Below the pieces are notes generated by a model, which made no database searches, was not told where the DNA came from, and worked only from the letters and a program-made list of their open reading frames with translations. From Ramazzottius varieornatus (lineage: Eukaryota; Animalia; Tardigrada), in the NCBI GenBank assembly GCA_001949185.1, contig BDGG01000005.1, positions 310,001 to 374,000 of the forward strand: DNA of 64,000 bases, written 5' to 3'. Below are positions 13,181 to 26,315 of the stretch, in pieces. The position numbers and the translations under genes are program-made. The first letter of the stretch is position 1. Every line of letters begins with the position of its first letter.

Positions 13181-13913
13181 AGACGAAGAGATACAAGAAA
13201 AAGTACTAGAAAATTTTTATAAAAAGTTGTATATACCATGATCACGTCTCTTAACTTCATCACAATGGCCCACTCTACTTTTATCCGTAAACTAAGTTTG
13301 CTGCTTTAGTAACTAGTTGTTACTGTAGCTTCATTCATCTTTTGTTCCAGCTTTTCTTGTGTAAATCAATAGTAAAGTATCTACCCGCACTGCAGTTCGA
13401 GTTGGGGCTCTCGCCACACCAAGGCGAGGCCTTCGTTATCGCATGGATCGTGTATCTAGGAGAGAAGTTATGAAATTTTATCGTGATCGAAAGAGTGACT
13501 CATTATGGGGAAGAGCGGAAATGGAACGTTGGCAAAGGCAGTGGGAAAGTGAAGCACGGTTTGTCTGGCCGGAGGAGTTTTTCAGCGTGGACTTTGGACG
13601 GTGGGAGGTACCATGACGCATAGAGTTATCACCGTGAGTCTGGCTGAAATGATGGCTCTTCCTCTGGTCAGGCTGTCAGTTTTGTACCGAGGACCTCAGA
13701 GTGTCAGCTCAACGAAGGAACTTGTGACTGTTGACATTCCGAAGCAGCTTCAGATTTGTCACAGCTGAGGGGCTGAAAACCGTGTGTCTCCTTTGCTCTG
13801 GCCTTTGGCGCCCGCGTACCGCGCTGGGTTGATTCTTGATTTCCCTCCTACCTGCGATGGATAGTAGCCCATCCCGTCATCCGTGAACAGGGGATCTGCT
13901 TCCGGAGACTCTG

Positions 13914-16900
13914 ATGTCAACTTCCACCATGTTGAAGTTAGAGGCGGTAATCTTTGCGGTGTGTCTTTGGTTTGGCATGGCGGCAGGATACAACATCGAT
14001 ACCGCCCATCCATTGATAATTGTTCCTCCTACAAAGACCAACTCGTCCTTCGGGTTCTCCCTTGCATTCTTCACGCAGTATTCGGACTACCAGCGCCAAA
14101 ATTTGCAGAGAGGGTAAAATCTTATTCTCGTTTCATCTCGTAATCGCTGTGGGATACTCAGTGCACTAACCTGCTCGATGTACAGTATCCTGGTGGGCGC
14201 TCCAACCGGTGCGAATCCTCGCGAAGCCTACCGTGCTGGCTCTCTTTGGTTCTGCTCCTTCCCTGCTGACAACAGCGGAGGATCGAGCTGTACTTCCATA
14301 GTTGTGGATCGGGACCAAAGCGAGGCTTCAGATGGAGGCAGGACGACCGGGATACCGTATATTCCTTTACGGGACAACTCACTCTTGGGGTTCTCGGTGG
14401 CTGCGGAACGACCTGACCTTCCCGGAAAAGCTATCGTAAGTGGCAGACGCTAGCTGCCCCTTTGACAGCTATTTCTGGACCATTATACCCACCTGCCGAT
14501 TTGCCAAAGAACATCCCCTGAAAAATGTGTTTCTTTTCCAGGTATGTGCTCCGCGATGGATAAGCGTCAAACGCCAGAGCCCCACCCCACAAGAAACTGT
14601 ATACCTTCCAAACGGACTCTGCTACATGCTGGTGCCAGGTTCTCGCCGGTTAGCTTGGTCGAAGTTAATGCCGTTTTCCCACGCGGGTAACTTGAGAATA
14701 TGTCCCTGCTTAGAAAGACCATCAATATATCAAATCAGGTTTTTTTGTTCTTGGTCGATCCGTGTGGATAGCCGTTTTTCTCAGATCACTCAAGTATAGA
14801 ACATTAATTTCTGCCGTTTTTCCACAGCCGTTCAAGGCATTTCGAACAATGTCAGTCTACTGGCTCAAGCTGAGTCCGGGTTCGCAGTTCAGTTCGCCAA
14901 AGAAGGGCGTGATGCATTTGCACTCATCACTGCACCTGGCTACTGGAATGGCATCGGTACCATCGCTCATTTCAACCTGTCTGCAACCGAGAAATCTGCC
15001 ACTATCGATAGACAAGTTCGTCCAAAGATTCTTTTCAGCAATATTGTAGACCAATACTGCCAAGATGAAGAAAGCTGCTACCTTGGATTCTCCGTCTCCT
15101 CCGGGAACATAATGGGCGATGGGGAGACCTATTACGCCAGTGGAATGCCGAGGGCGAACTCCCAGGGAATGGTCGTGGTGTACAAAAGACCGGGCACAGT
15201 CAACACGACACGGAAGTTGATGTTTTTGGATGAAGACCTGGACCCTGTCTTCTTCCTGACGGGAACTCAGTTTCAAGAGTCCTTTGGGTACTCTGTCTTG
15301 ATTCTTGATATCAACAATGATGGCCGTGATGATATCATTGTCGGAGCGCCAAACGCGGACGACCTTCACGACGGGGAAGGACATTCGGGTGACGGACTAG
15401 TCTACGTCTTTCTCAGTTCTGCCAGTTGGGTGAGTACACTGTCCTCTTTTGCGAGTTAGAAACTCATGTAAGTCGCCGACGGTTCGTATTTTTGCTTGCA
15501 GAGCAACCACACAAGTCATTGGACGAAGAACAGTGAGCAGGGTGGTTTTCTCCGTCCAAGCTATTACATTGCCGGTCGGGAAAGCCCAAGAGCCAAGTTT
15601 GGGACTTCCCTAGCGCCACTCGGTGATACGGATGGGGATGGGTTCAATGGTAAGCCAAAACGATTCATTCTTTCGCGTGCGTCGACGTGTAACAACACTT
15701 CTTGTTTGTAGATTTCGCTATTGGGTCGCCATTCGGCGCCTCGGGTGGCACCGTATACGTGGTGTACGGAGGTAGCGATCCAGCGAATTCTGTGGTCAGC
15801 CCTTTGGACGACCCTGCCAGTGGTCAGGCACGTCCACGGTCCTCCGGCTTTGGGTTCTCGGTTGCTGGCAATATCGACATAGATCGCAGTACCGTCCTTG
15901 GTAAGTCTCCGCCTCTGCGTTAATCGCTGATTCACTAGTACGACAAGTTCTTCCAATAATCATTATCTTATCACTCCGTGGTCCAATTTTTCCAGACCTT
16001 GCTGTCGGGGACTTTGGCTCGGAATCTGTCTATCTATTTCGGTAAGGTCTCACAGTTTAAATTACGACATCCTCTGTTTCCGGTATGATGGCCTGGCTAA
16101 AATTGTTTCCCATTTCTTTTTCGGGTTGCAGTGGTCGACCGACGTTGATGTGGACGATGAATATCGCCTTACAAGCGTCCTCTCATCAGACACTTTTGGT
16201 TACCCAAGATCGGCAAGCACTCGTTCTGACCTCCTGCATGTACATAACACTGCACACCCACGGCCCTGCTATCAGTTCGCCGCAACGGATCAAGATTACC
16301 GTCACGCTTGATCCTCTCACGGACACCCAGGGAGTCGCAAGCAGCAATGAGTCTCGGCGTGCTGTCTTCCGAGAAAGTCAAAAGCCAACATTCGTATACT
16401 TTAGGTCCATCACACCTAGCCCTGGTTCTGCTCCCGAACACAGTTGCGAGGTTCTCGATGCCGATGTCAATAGTCAGTGGAATCGACGCATCGAAGTTGT
16501 TAGAACTCCATTAAGGGTCTGGATGTCGGCTGAAATACAAAACGATGGACCCGCACCAAGTTCAGAATTCTGCGCCACTTGCTATGTGCTCTCTCCCTCT
16601 GCCCCAACAACTCAAACGCTTGAAATACCCTTTTCACAGTGCCGACCAGGAAATGGTACTTGTGAAGGAAAGATCCAATTCGCAGTCAATAACAAGCCAG
16701 CACTGTAAGCCACTTCACCTGTTTACCGTTATTTGGGGCCTGGGCAATTGAACTTAATGAGATCGTCATCTCAAGTGGTGCACGTTTTCATTGTCATTGC
16801 CTGGAAATATGCGCCACTTGGGGAAACGATCTTGTACTGATCATCTACCCACGTCCCATTTTCTTCAACAAGTTTCAACACTTGAAACTTGTTGAAGTAA

Positions 16901-18910
16901 AGCTCCTGAATTTCTACTCATCGGAGTTCTTCTTCATTTAGGCAGAATTCCAGCAGGATAGTACTAGGCCAGAATACAACTTTTCTTCTCATATACACGC
17001 TGAAGAATCTCGGGAACTCGATCCCACTGTATCTGCCTCAACTACAGATCATTACACCGCAGGGCATAACGGTGGAGAAAATCGAACTCCTTCTGGAAGT
17101 ATTCAGCCCTGGGTTTGATGATATTCCAGGGCAGACAACACAAGTACGTCCACGGCATAAATATTCTGCACGTGAACAATAACGATTATCCGGACCTAAT
17201 TTCAGAATACCCATCGATTAGACTTCAGCCGCGCCCAAGAAATCACGACTGTGACGCCACGGCGCGATCTACACCGACGATACCAAGCGTGGATTCCGCT
17301 GGGGACGGCGTCCGCTTTCTACCCGGACACCACAGTGTCTTTCCAGATCACGTTCGATGCGTCGGAGATAATGTCGGCATCCGAAGCACCCAGTCGAGAT
17401 GGCAGCTTCATAGAGGCTTCTCTGAAGCACACACCTTTGAACGACCTCGGAGACGTGCAAATCATCGAACGGGAAGCCACGCTGGTCAAGTTTGCGAAGG
17501 CCTTCTTCGTCGACTTCGCTGCAAGGTAGAACGGCTATCATGTTGATGGCGTATCGTCTCTACCGGCGCCGAGTACTTGTTAAAGGAGCTGTGTTACTCT
17601 TCTCAGTCATATTCTGGAAGATCTTCGACCAGCTGTCAAGAACAATAAAATCATGGACGTCTCCTCTCTCCATTTCAACCTCACCTATAAGGTACGCTCT
17701 TTCTTTCCTTAGTAATGTTGTCGTTCTCAGCTAACGTTATGGTGGGTTGGACCGAACGAGCGTTTTGCTGAATATGGCAGGTTGGCAACTTGGGGCCAAG
17801 TGTGATTCCCTCGGGTTCGTCCGTCCACGTTCTCGTTGCCACTGCCTCTGAAGTGGGAACTCACATCGCTGTTGATGCTGTGGAGCAGAGGAGCCGCGGG
17901 ACTTTCACTCGGTGCAGTCTCGTGCGCGACGAAGGCCGCATGGAGGTCAACATGAAGTATGGATCTGCGGACTCGACAATGAACCACACAAACACAGCTT
18001 ACGGCACCACCGAACAACATATTCTGGTAGGTCCTGTACTGTCCTTGCTTTTGGATTTTCAAACTTTAACTTTTCCACACTGATGAGTGCTGACCGAATA
18101 ACTCCCTTCCAGAACTGCCAAAATGCCCACGCGGAATGTCTCCAGTTTGATTGCCAACTTCCGTCACTTCCTCCAAAGTCTCATATTGAGGTCTTGATTA
18201 GAGCGAGGCTTCTGGAAGAGAAGTTAAAATACGAAACTGGTCAACAAGGACTTTTGGTGTTGACGGTCAGATCAAATGCGGCGCTGCTGCTTCCGTTAGA
18301 AATACACCAAGAGGAACTTTGGAAGGAAATCAAAGTGGACGGTCGAGCTCCTCGATATGGAGATGAGGTTATTTGGGCGGCAAATATGAATTGAACATGA
18401 ATTTTATACCAAGTGGCGCACGTTTCCATTCTTACTGAGCGAAAGTGTGCGCCACTGGGGAAATCGATCGAGTTCAAGTCATTTACGGACGTCCCGTTTG
18501 TCCGACTGTTTCTCTGCTGCGTTATGACCGGTCTGTTTATTTTCGAAAATTGGTAGGTCTCCCAAACAATCCGTATCTTCTTTCACAATGACAAGCTGCC
18601 GAACTGGATAATCATCGGCACCGTATGTGGAAGCCTGTGTCTACTGTTACTCTTGACCACCATGCTGGCGCTGTTTGGGTTCTTCCGGCGTAAAAGACTG
18701 GCGAAGAAAGCAGAAGACGGAGAACAGGATACCATCATTGAGATATCGGAAGACTCGGATGAGCAAGGCGGTTTTGCTTTGGACAGGGAATTCCATGTAC
18801 AGATGACGGACAACCCCGTATATGGAGCTACGCCCAGTACTCCCGCCAACACCTACGAAGAAATTCCGAGCCGGTTGCTGGACTCCCCTTTTGCCCGATC
18901 AGCTCTATAG
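13914..18910 (+). CDS. Integrin alpha subunit
   Basis: Signal peptide followed by YNID; FG-GAP repeats (FGFSL, ILVGAP, DINNDGRDDIIVGAP, GDTDGDGFNDFAIGSP); TM helix then GFFRRKR. Many short exons. Confidence 0.9.
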
Positions 18911-21900
18911 TTTCCACTTTGCAACCACCGGTATAGGAACTGAAAGTTCAAACAATATTCTGGTTACAGATGCTCATCGATTGAATACGAATTTTCAAAA
19001 ACCTTAGTTTTGATTTCGGTGATGCTTATTCTATTTATTGCTGTACGGAATTTTTTTATTGCATTACGGAACCATAACTTCATGAAGCATAACTTTATGA
19101 ATAATTTTTCTTTATAAATGACATAGTAGGTTGGTTGATGTACAGCAGCTGGTTGATAGTTGATGGAAATCAAGATTGATGACGAGGAACCCTGTCGCAG
19201 GTCAGACACCTGCTGGGCCTATATTGTCCTTGCCAGCCCTCGTGACAAATTTTGTGGCATGTACAGTATAATTGAGTCGATTACACAGGAGGTTTTGTCA
19301 ACTGACAATTATACGTTATAGGCTCCTTTTCAGAACTGACCATCGTCTCGCCCTATCATCTCGCATTGCCGCCAACACGTTCGGCACAATATCACCAGAT
19401 ATATTTACCGCAATATCGAAAAGTGATAAAGAGAGGATACCCGCAGGCATCTGTTGTTTGGACAGCCCCTTCGCGCTGTCTTCGCAGCCCACACATGTGA
19501 ACAACCATCAACAAGTTCCTCCCATTAAACCCCATCAGTGACATTAACCGGCCCTCGTATCATTTCGTTTACCGCCTTTTACGCTCGAACTTAAAACTTA
19601 AGTCTAATGAAAGTGTGAAACAGAAAGAAACAAATATTATAATTTTTACAAATGGGAGGCCGGCAACCGATCTCTGGATGGTTGTCATCTCAAGTAGCGC
19701 ACGTCTAGAATTAATAGCATGGGAAACTGCGCGACTTGAGACAACGATCATCCGGTGGTTCCCAAATTTAGTTTTGTGCGCCATATTATGGAAGAATTTG
19801 ACCAATACATAGTGGGTTTACAGTTGAGGTTTGAGTACAAGAAAACCTTCTGCGATCTTTTGTTTTTTAAGTTCTAACTTTCTGTATTTCTGGACGCAAC
19901 AGGTCGCGCACTATTACACAAAAATCGCTCATTTCGCATTTTCTTTTCTCGAATTTCATAAGACACGTTTGATAGCGACCGCTCCGGAAGTCTTTGTTGA
20001 TAACTGATCTGCCAAGTTAATCGTTTGTTTATGCCGATTGAATTCGATTGGTAGTGTGGAGATATGGGACAACGTATAATTAAATAGAAATTATTGTCAC
20101 TTTGATCAAAGCACCGACGCCGCTTCCACTGCATCTGCACATCCTCCTCAAGATCAATGGTCATCAAATTTGTAAAGCAATCACACTGTGGGTCATCGGA
20201 AACCAGAAGGAGCGTTTTCGCTGATGGTAGTGGATACACTGGAGACCTCAAAGCAGCCCATTAAACAGACACCCACTTATTAACTAGGCCGGAATTAATT
20301 ATCACAAATACACGCAGAAGGTTACCGCGCCATAACGCCTAACATGAGACACGCTAAATAGTAGCGTTCTCTTTCGTGATCAACCAAGCGCTTCGGTGTG
20401 AAATGATTCTCACATCCATATCCCATCTCGTTCTTTGTGCGCCACTGCCGTCGCACGAACCATGCGATTTGCAAATTGCCACTGAATAATATAACCTCAC
20501 GAATATTTCCGAATTCAGTTCGGTTTTTTTCCCTCATCTTTCGGACACATTGTTGCTATATCACTGTTTTAGAACAATTTGCTCAAAATTATTTTCAATA
20601 AAGTAACCGCACAGAATACTTCATCTTTCAGACACCTGCGTTCGGCATCTCACGGTGTAGAACTGGGTCGTGTATGCAAGTTTGTGATGAATGGCGCATT
20701 CTGTCGGCCGACGTCTCAAACGCTGCTTTTGAGATCCTCAAGTCGGTTTTTGGCTCCGTAGATTACTTCTGGTTATTGGTAGTTAGTGACGGCATAGCCT
20801 TCTGCGGACGGATGTTTTGAGAAAATTGGGCTCGTGGCCACACACTAGATTGAATATCTCATAATTGATAGCGTAGTTGAGGAATTGAGGAGGAGGCGGC
20901 GCGGCGCTCAAGATCTCAATGAAGTGCGCTGATTGAACATTCTTGCGTCAACACTACTTAATATGAATAAATGTCGATAGTAACTGCTGGTCGAAGCGTG
21001 ATGATCAGCGCTGTCGGTCGACAGGGGGATGCCGGATGATGAGGTGATGGTGAGAGGACAGAGGCTAATGGCTGACAGCTAGTCAAGCATATCAGCTCCC
21101 ACACTGCTCCCATGATATGTGCCAGTAATCAAAGATCCGCGACTAATGAATGACCTGACGCAACAAATCAAGGCGAGCGATCTGTTTCTCATCAGCTGTC
21201 AAGAAGACCTCAATGACCATATTCCTGGCAAATAGCACTTTCTCTGCGAGCCGGGAACCCATTTCACAGCGCGTTTCTCACTGACGACGCCCATCCTTAC
21301 GAACCAAATTTTTCCAAGGAAGCAATCGTGGTCGGCGGTTGTCAAATTCGAAGCTGGATTTCGAGCCCATTGACGTAATGCACAATCAAGAACTCTTAAA
21401 AAATCCAAAGAAATTCATGAAGAAATGTGTAGCTTGTTATGATTGACTAAATTCACTGGCGAAACTCCGTAGCGCGCGTTGAGCTGTGACTCGCGCACTC
21501 GTCCAGTCTGCCACAGTCCAAAGTGCGCCACTGGCTTACCTGCTCGGAAACATATGTTTACCTCACAAACTCGCGCACTTCATCATGTTAGTGAACGTTA
21601 CCGATGCGGCACTGTATTTCCGTCTCCAGTTACTTCCTGGTTATACACTGTATCTATGCAAGAAAGCACTTGCGGGATTTGCCGCGGTCTGGTTAGGCTT
21701 TTCTTACCAGCTATCATTCTTAGAGTAGGCAGTCGCGTGAAGTCTCGAATGCTGGCGGAAAGATATTCAGGATGGGAGATTGACCAGTGGTAGGATCAAA
21801 GACAGCGCCATGCCGTAAATTGAACATTTACAGGAAGCACAACAATGATTGAAGTCACTCATGTTGATGCTTCATTGTAGAAGATTAATTCGGCGGAAGG

Positions 21901-22447
21901 GAGGATACAGTTTATTATTATAGATGTATCAACTGTCTAATTTCGGTTCGCTGGTCGAGTTAAATGTTCAACATACTTTGACAATCCGATCTGCGCACAC
22001 CCTGACGCTAACGTCGGCCGCGCCTACTACGAAATCGTGCCGAACTACTCTGATGAGTCTCTGACTTCAAAACTAGGACGTCAGCTGAACCGAGCACCGT
22101 CGTTAGCTGAGGTGGCTCACACTGCCATATTATTGGATAGAAGGGTGCGCACACGATTATGTTCAAGAGAAACGATCATGTTCAAGTCATTTTCTGACGA
22201 CCCAAAAATTCAGCGAAATACTCGAACGGAGGTTTGTTATGATTAGGGCTCTCTTCAACTTTCACCAGATGGTTTGACCCCATCAAAACATTTTGAAAGA
22301 AGAGCCAACAGAGTCAGTATTCATAGGGCAGAGAATGAATCAGCTCTAACAAACGGGGAAAACATACAGCCGATACAAAAAATTCAATCATGGAGTGTGT
22401 CGTAAATTATAGATGAGCTGTTATATACAAAGGTCGAAAGTAATCAA

Positions 22448-24091
22448 TTAATGCCTCTTGACATCGAAATATTTGGCCCGAAGCAGTGCGGCGTCACAAA
22501 CATTGTCATACAAGGATTTCTGTAGCACATGTATTCTGGTGGCGGTCTGGTCCTTCTTTGTTTCTTCAATGTCGCGTTTCAACTGTAATATGGGCAAAAA
22601 GTGACACAGTCAGTCTCTTTTGCGAAGCGGTTATGCGGGGCCTCAAATGATTGAGGCGTTGCAAGACAATATTGCGGCTTCTACTTACTTTGGCTCGTCT
22701 GTTTTGGAACCTGCCGAGAGAAATGGACAATATTACAAAAAGTCAAGTGTGGCATAGATGACAGAGTAACAGCCGCCTTGTGCGCCCACGTACCACGTAA
22801 TTACTTGAGCATTTGTCAGGCCTAAACTCTGCGCAATCTCGTCACGGTCAGCTGGCGACAAATATTTCTGATAGATGAAACGCTTCTCTGCAAAAAAGAA
22901 TAAAGATCCACTTGACATGATCATGTTCAGGGAACATCATTCAATAAGAATAACAACAACAGTATTCCTAACGGGCATCCAGAAATTTTACCTAGCTCGA
23001 AGACTTGATGGTTCGTGAAGGCAGTCCGCGACTTTCGCTTTTTCTTTGAATTTCCCGAAGTCCCATGACTCGAGTTAGTCGTAGGACTCGTCGTCCCTGC
23101 AAACAAAGGAAGGATGGAAATTCAAAACATTACTATTGATAGGAGTCGTCTATTGAAAGGTTATTCTATCGGCCGTTCGCAGGAGCCTTCCCTTCGTCAT
23201 CACTATCCTGTACCTCCCAGTCGTTGTGAAGTTTTGAAACCGGAAAAAAGAATAGACTAGACTTCTCGAAAGATAACCGCAGAAAGATCTTCCGTGCATT
23301 TCGGTTTAGGTGTCGAGGTGGACCAAGGAGCTGTTCGATCCGTTACCCGAAACCGCATAATATCTTGTCCTAATTGAGTGTCACACCTGCTGTGGACAGC
23401 CGTTCGGCGTAACAAGATGGCCCTCATGTCTGGCCATAACTCTTAAGCTTCCAAATGTCCCATTCATTTGGCTAATATGATACCCTTAACTGGTAGTTCT
23501 CAATGATCAAGCTACTGTACTGGAGCGTCATAAATCTTCTTGCGAAAGATCCCAAACAGGAAACTAACGAGAACACATTAGCTTGCTAGGATAAACTTCC
23601 CCTAAGGTCACTTCAAAAGGTTGCAAAAATATTCGCTGTAACTCACCTAATCTACCGTCGCCTTTTTCCAGCCCCTCGAACGTCTTGTTGGCCAGTTTCA
23701 ACAGAGCGTCCAACGGCGAACCCTTCTGGCATTTCGACAAGGACTTTTCAGCCTTGGAGCGGGAAAACTTTTCAGACAGTATGGACTGGCTAGCGCTAGG
23801 TGGTAGGTCCCATGGGCGGACGATCCGTTGACTAGGCTTGTTGGACGAATAATCTTTGCTGAGAATATCGTCAATCAAGAAAGAAGGTCGTTTCCTCGAA
23901 GGCTCCTTAGAGAGGTTCCTGGGCTCGGGTTCGTCCTTGCAAGGACTTTGAGGATTGGCGGGTGAGAGCGGAGGACTTTGTAGGCTATGCTCGGAACAGC
24001 TTTCTTCCTCCTTGACGTTCATCGAAGATTGTCCGGAAATGGATGAGAGCGGGGAACTCGATCGATCGTATTCCATACTCTGAAGAGCCAT
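22448..24091 (-). CDS. Lbx: Ladybird/Lbx NK-class homeobox transcription factor
   Basis: Spliced homeodomain KKRKSRTAFTNHQVFELEKRFIYQKYLSPADRDEIAQSLGLTNAQVITWFQNRRAKLKRDIEE, plus an eh1 motif (SFLIDDIL) and IVRPWD in exon 1. Five coding exons. Confidence 0.95.
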
Positions 24092-26315
24092 GTTTGGCAC
24101 TTTCGGGTTCGTCAAAGGATGACGGAGTTTTCGGATAGGAAAGAACAAGGAAATTTGACGGACGGTTGACTGCGATGGAAAATAAGGCTCGTTAGGGCAT
24201 CTCGTTATTCTCTGACAAGATTTGCAAGTGGGTACGTGTGGGTATAACTGGGTGGCTGACGTTGAAGCTTGTTGGACCTGGTTACAGCCAGTGCTAAATT
24301 TGACACCGGAATATCGTAAGTACTTCATACGCGGGCCAATAGTACTGATTGACTATGGTCAATTGTCGGTAAAGTTCGACTGTTCGACTGCACAAGAGGG
24401 TGTCGCTGCATAAAGGGGCCGTCCTCCACCACACAGTCAATTTGATATTTCCATAACAATCCTTACTAAACATATGAAGTCCCATGTACTTCATCGCAGC
24501 ATACCCGATAATGAATTTGTACAGGCCGTTCTCCATTTCACTGACGTCGCACTTCAAGTCGTAAACCCCACGCTGCGATAACGACCGATCGAAATCTGCA
24601 ACGAAAAGACATGGAGTTCTCAGATTATTTTCCGTATGTATGTGGATGGAACTTCAACATTGCTATTTGAAAAGACGGCTTCAATCAACAGCTCAAAATT
24701 TTTTGACCGTTTGTGTGTAAGGCAAAATTAGGCGTCTTGCGCTGCTTTCTTTTCTACTAACAGTATTCGAAATTTTCCGCAAAATCTTGATTAAATTTTA
24801 TTGAATGTTATTGTGGAGATTTGTACAGTACGCTAATCGTCTATTCGATCCATTTCTTTCGATAGGCGATCAAGTTCGTCCGTGTCATTGAAAGTTAATT
24901 GTACCGAACACAAAGATGTTGAGACAAAAACATCTCGTGCATTACGCAAAAAATTGTGTCGGAGAAAACAAGCTATGCTTTTCTTGCGAACGCCCGAGAC
25001 AAAAGCAGATACGAAAACCGGTTCATAGGCTTGTTTGACTTTAGACGATGGAGTGATAGCGGCAAATTGTCTTTAAAGCGGTCGGCATCTGAGCCGATAA
25101 AGGCAGCTTGTCATAGCTCAGAGGGATGGGAGGATCTCGTTCTGTTCTTGTGGGTGTTGTATTATTCAGGTAATTAGTACCTACATGGCCCATAACAAAA
25201 ACCATATTCCTATGGCGGCATCGGACTTTGATTACCATTTCTGTGTGATCCGATATGCTGGTCGATCAGCCGACGCTATGTACTTTGCGGTGTCAAAGTT
25301 GGGCGGTTCCATCTTGTCTTGCTGCCGAGCAGTACACTGAAACAAATCATCGAACAAAAATGACTTTTACGGCACGAGATATCAGTCTGCAGATTCATCA
25401 TCTACCACGCTTTTACGATCGGATGAACTGCGCTTACTGAGGTTAAGACGGTGGTACGTACTTGTTGATCTTCTGTCCGAATACCCACACGAGGCCCTTG
25501 GTCCTCAATCACCGCACCACATGTGCATCTCCGCAGCCTCCAGGCGACTCGAACCAAATAAATATAGGGACTGCAATCCATCCTGCAAGACGATAGCTAG
25601 GGTCGTCAGATGTTCCACTTTTCCCTTCTTCCGATAATAACCCAGGCTGGCAGGCGGCTGTTCGGGGGGTGGGGGTGTGGGGGGTTCCCGAGTGCTCTAG
25701 AAAAGTTAAAAGCTTCGGAAAACCATTCGAAAATCGAGAGGATGAGGCATAAAGGCACAAAGCCACAAACGCACTGATGTGCTGCTAAATCTCGCCTCGC
25801 TGGAGACTGGGAGCCATAACCAGGCTCTCAATTGTGATCGTCAAGATGCAATTCGGGGTTGGTATTAGACATGACGTAAACGATTTATGAAGACGTATGT
25901 TCGCTGTGAATTCGATTAAGCGGCCCGACAGTCAATCTACTATGTATCATTTGCGCTGCTTGGATCTGAAATACGCTTCGATATACTTCGACTGATTGAG
26001 TGTTTGTTCCGGCTCGCGATTCGGAAAAGCGACGTTGGGGGGTTCGATGCGGCGGTGCTCGGATGCCGTAGACGTCACTGCGACCGAGCCCCGCCCAGCA
26101 CCAGAAAACCGCCACAGTTTTGAACGAATTTCCAAGTCAGTGGTTATCTTTTGCGTGGTTTATCAGATTAACGACGGGAAAGAAGGAAGGACTAACCCAG
26201 TGTCGCGATAACAATTTAACAATGTCGTTCCAGGTGGCGGCAGGAGTAGGTGCTCGTTTCTTCGGACTGAAGCCCAAAGGAGAAAAGGGTATGCCAACTT
26301 GCCTAGGAAGCCACC

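Noticed and set aside
13385-13435. tRNA-like GTTCGA...GCCA fragment
   Set aside because: No cloverleaf or A box could be built.
23564-24328. N-terminal extensions predicted by the ORF track for Lbx (and similarly for NAP1, 57082-57321)
   Set aside because: Probably 5' UTR or intron read-through. Homology and composition fit the downstream ATGs at 24091 and 57081.
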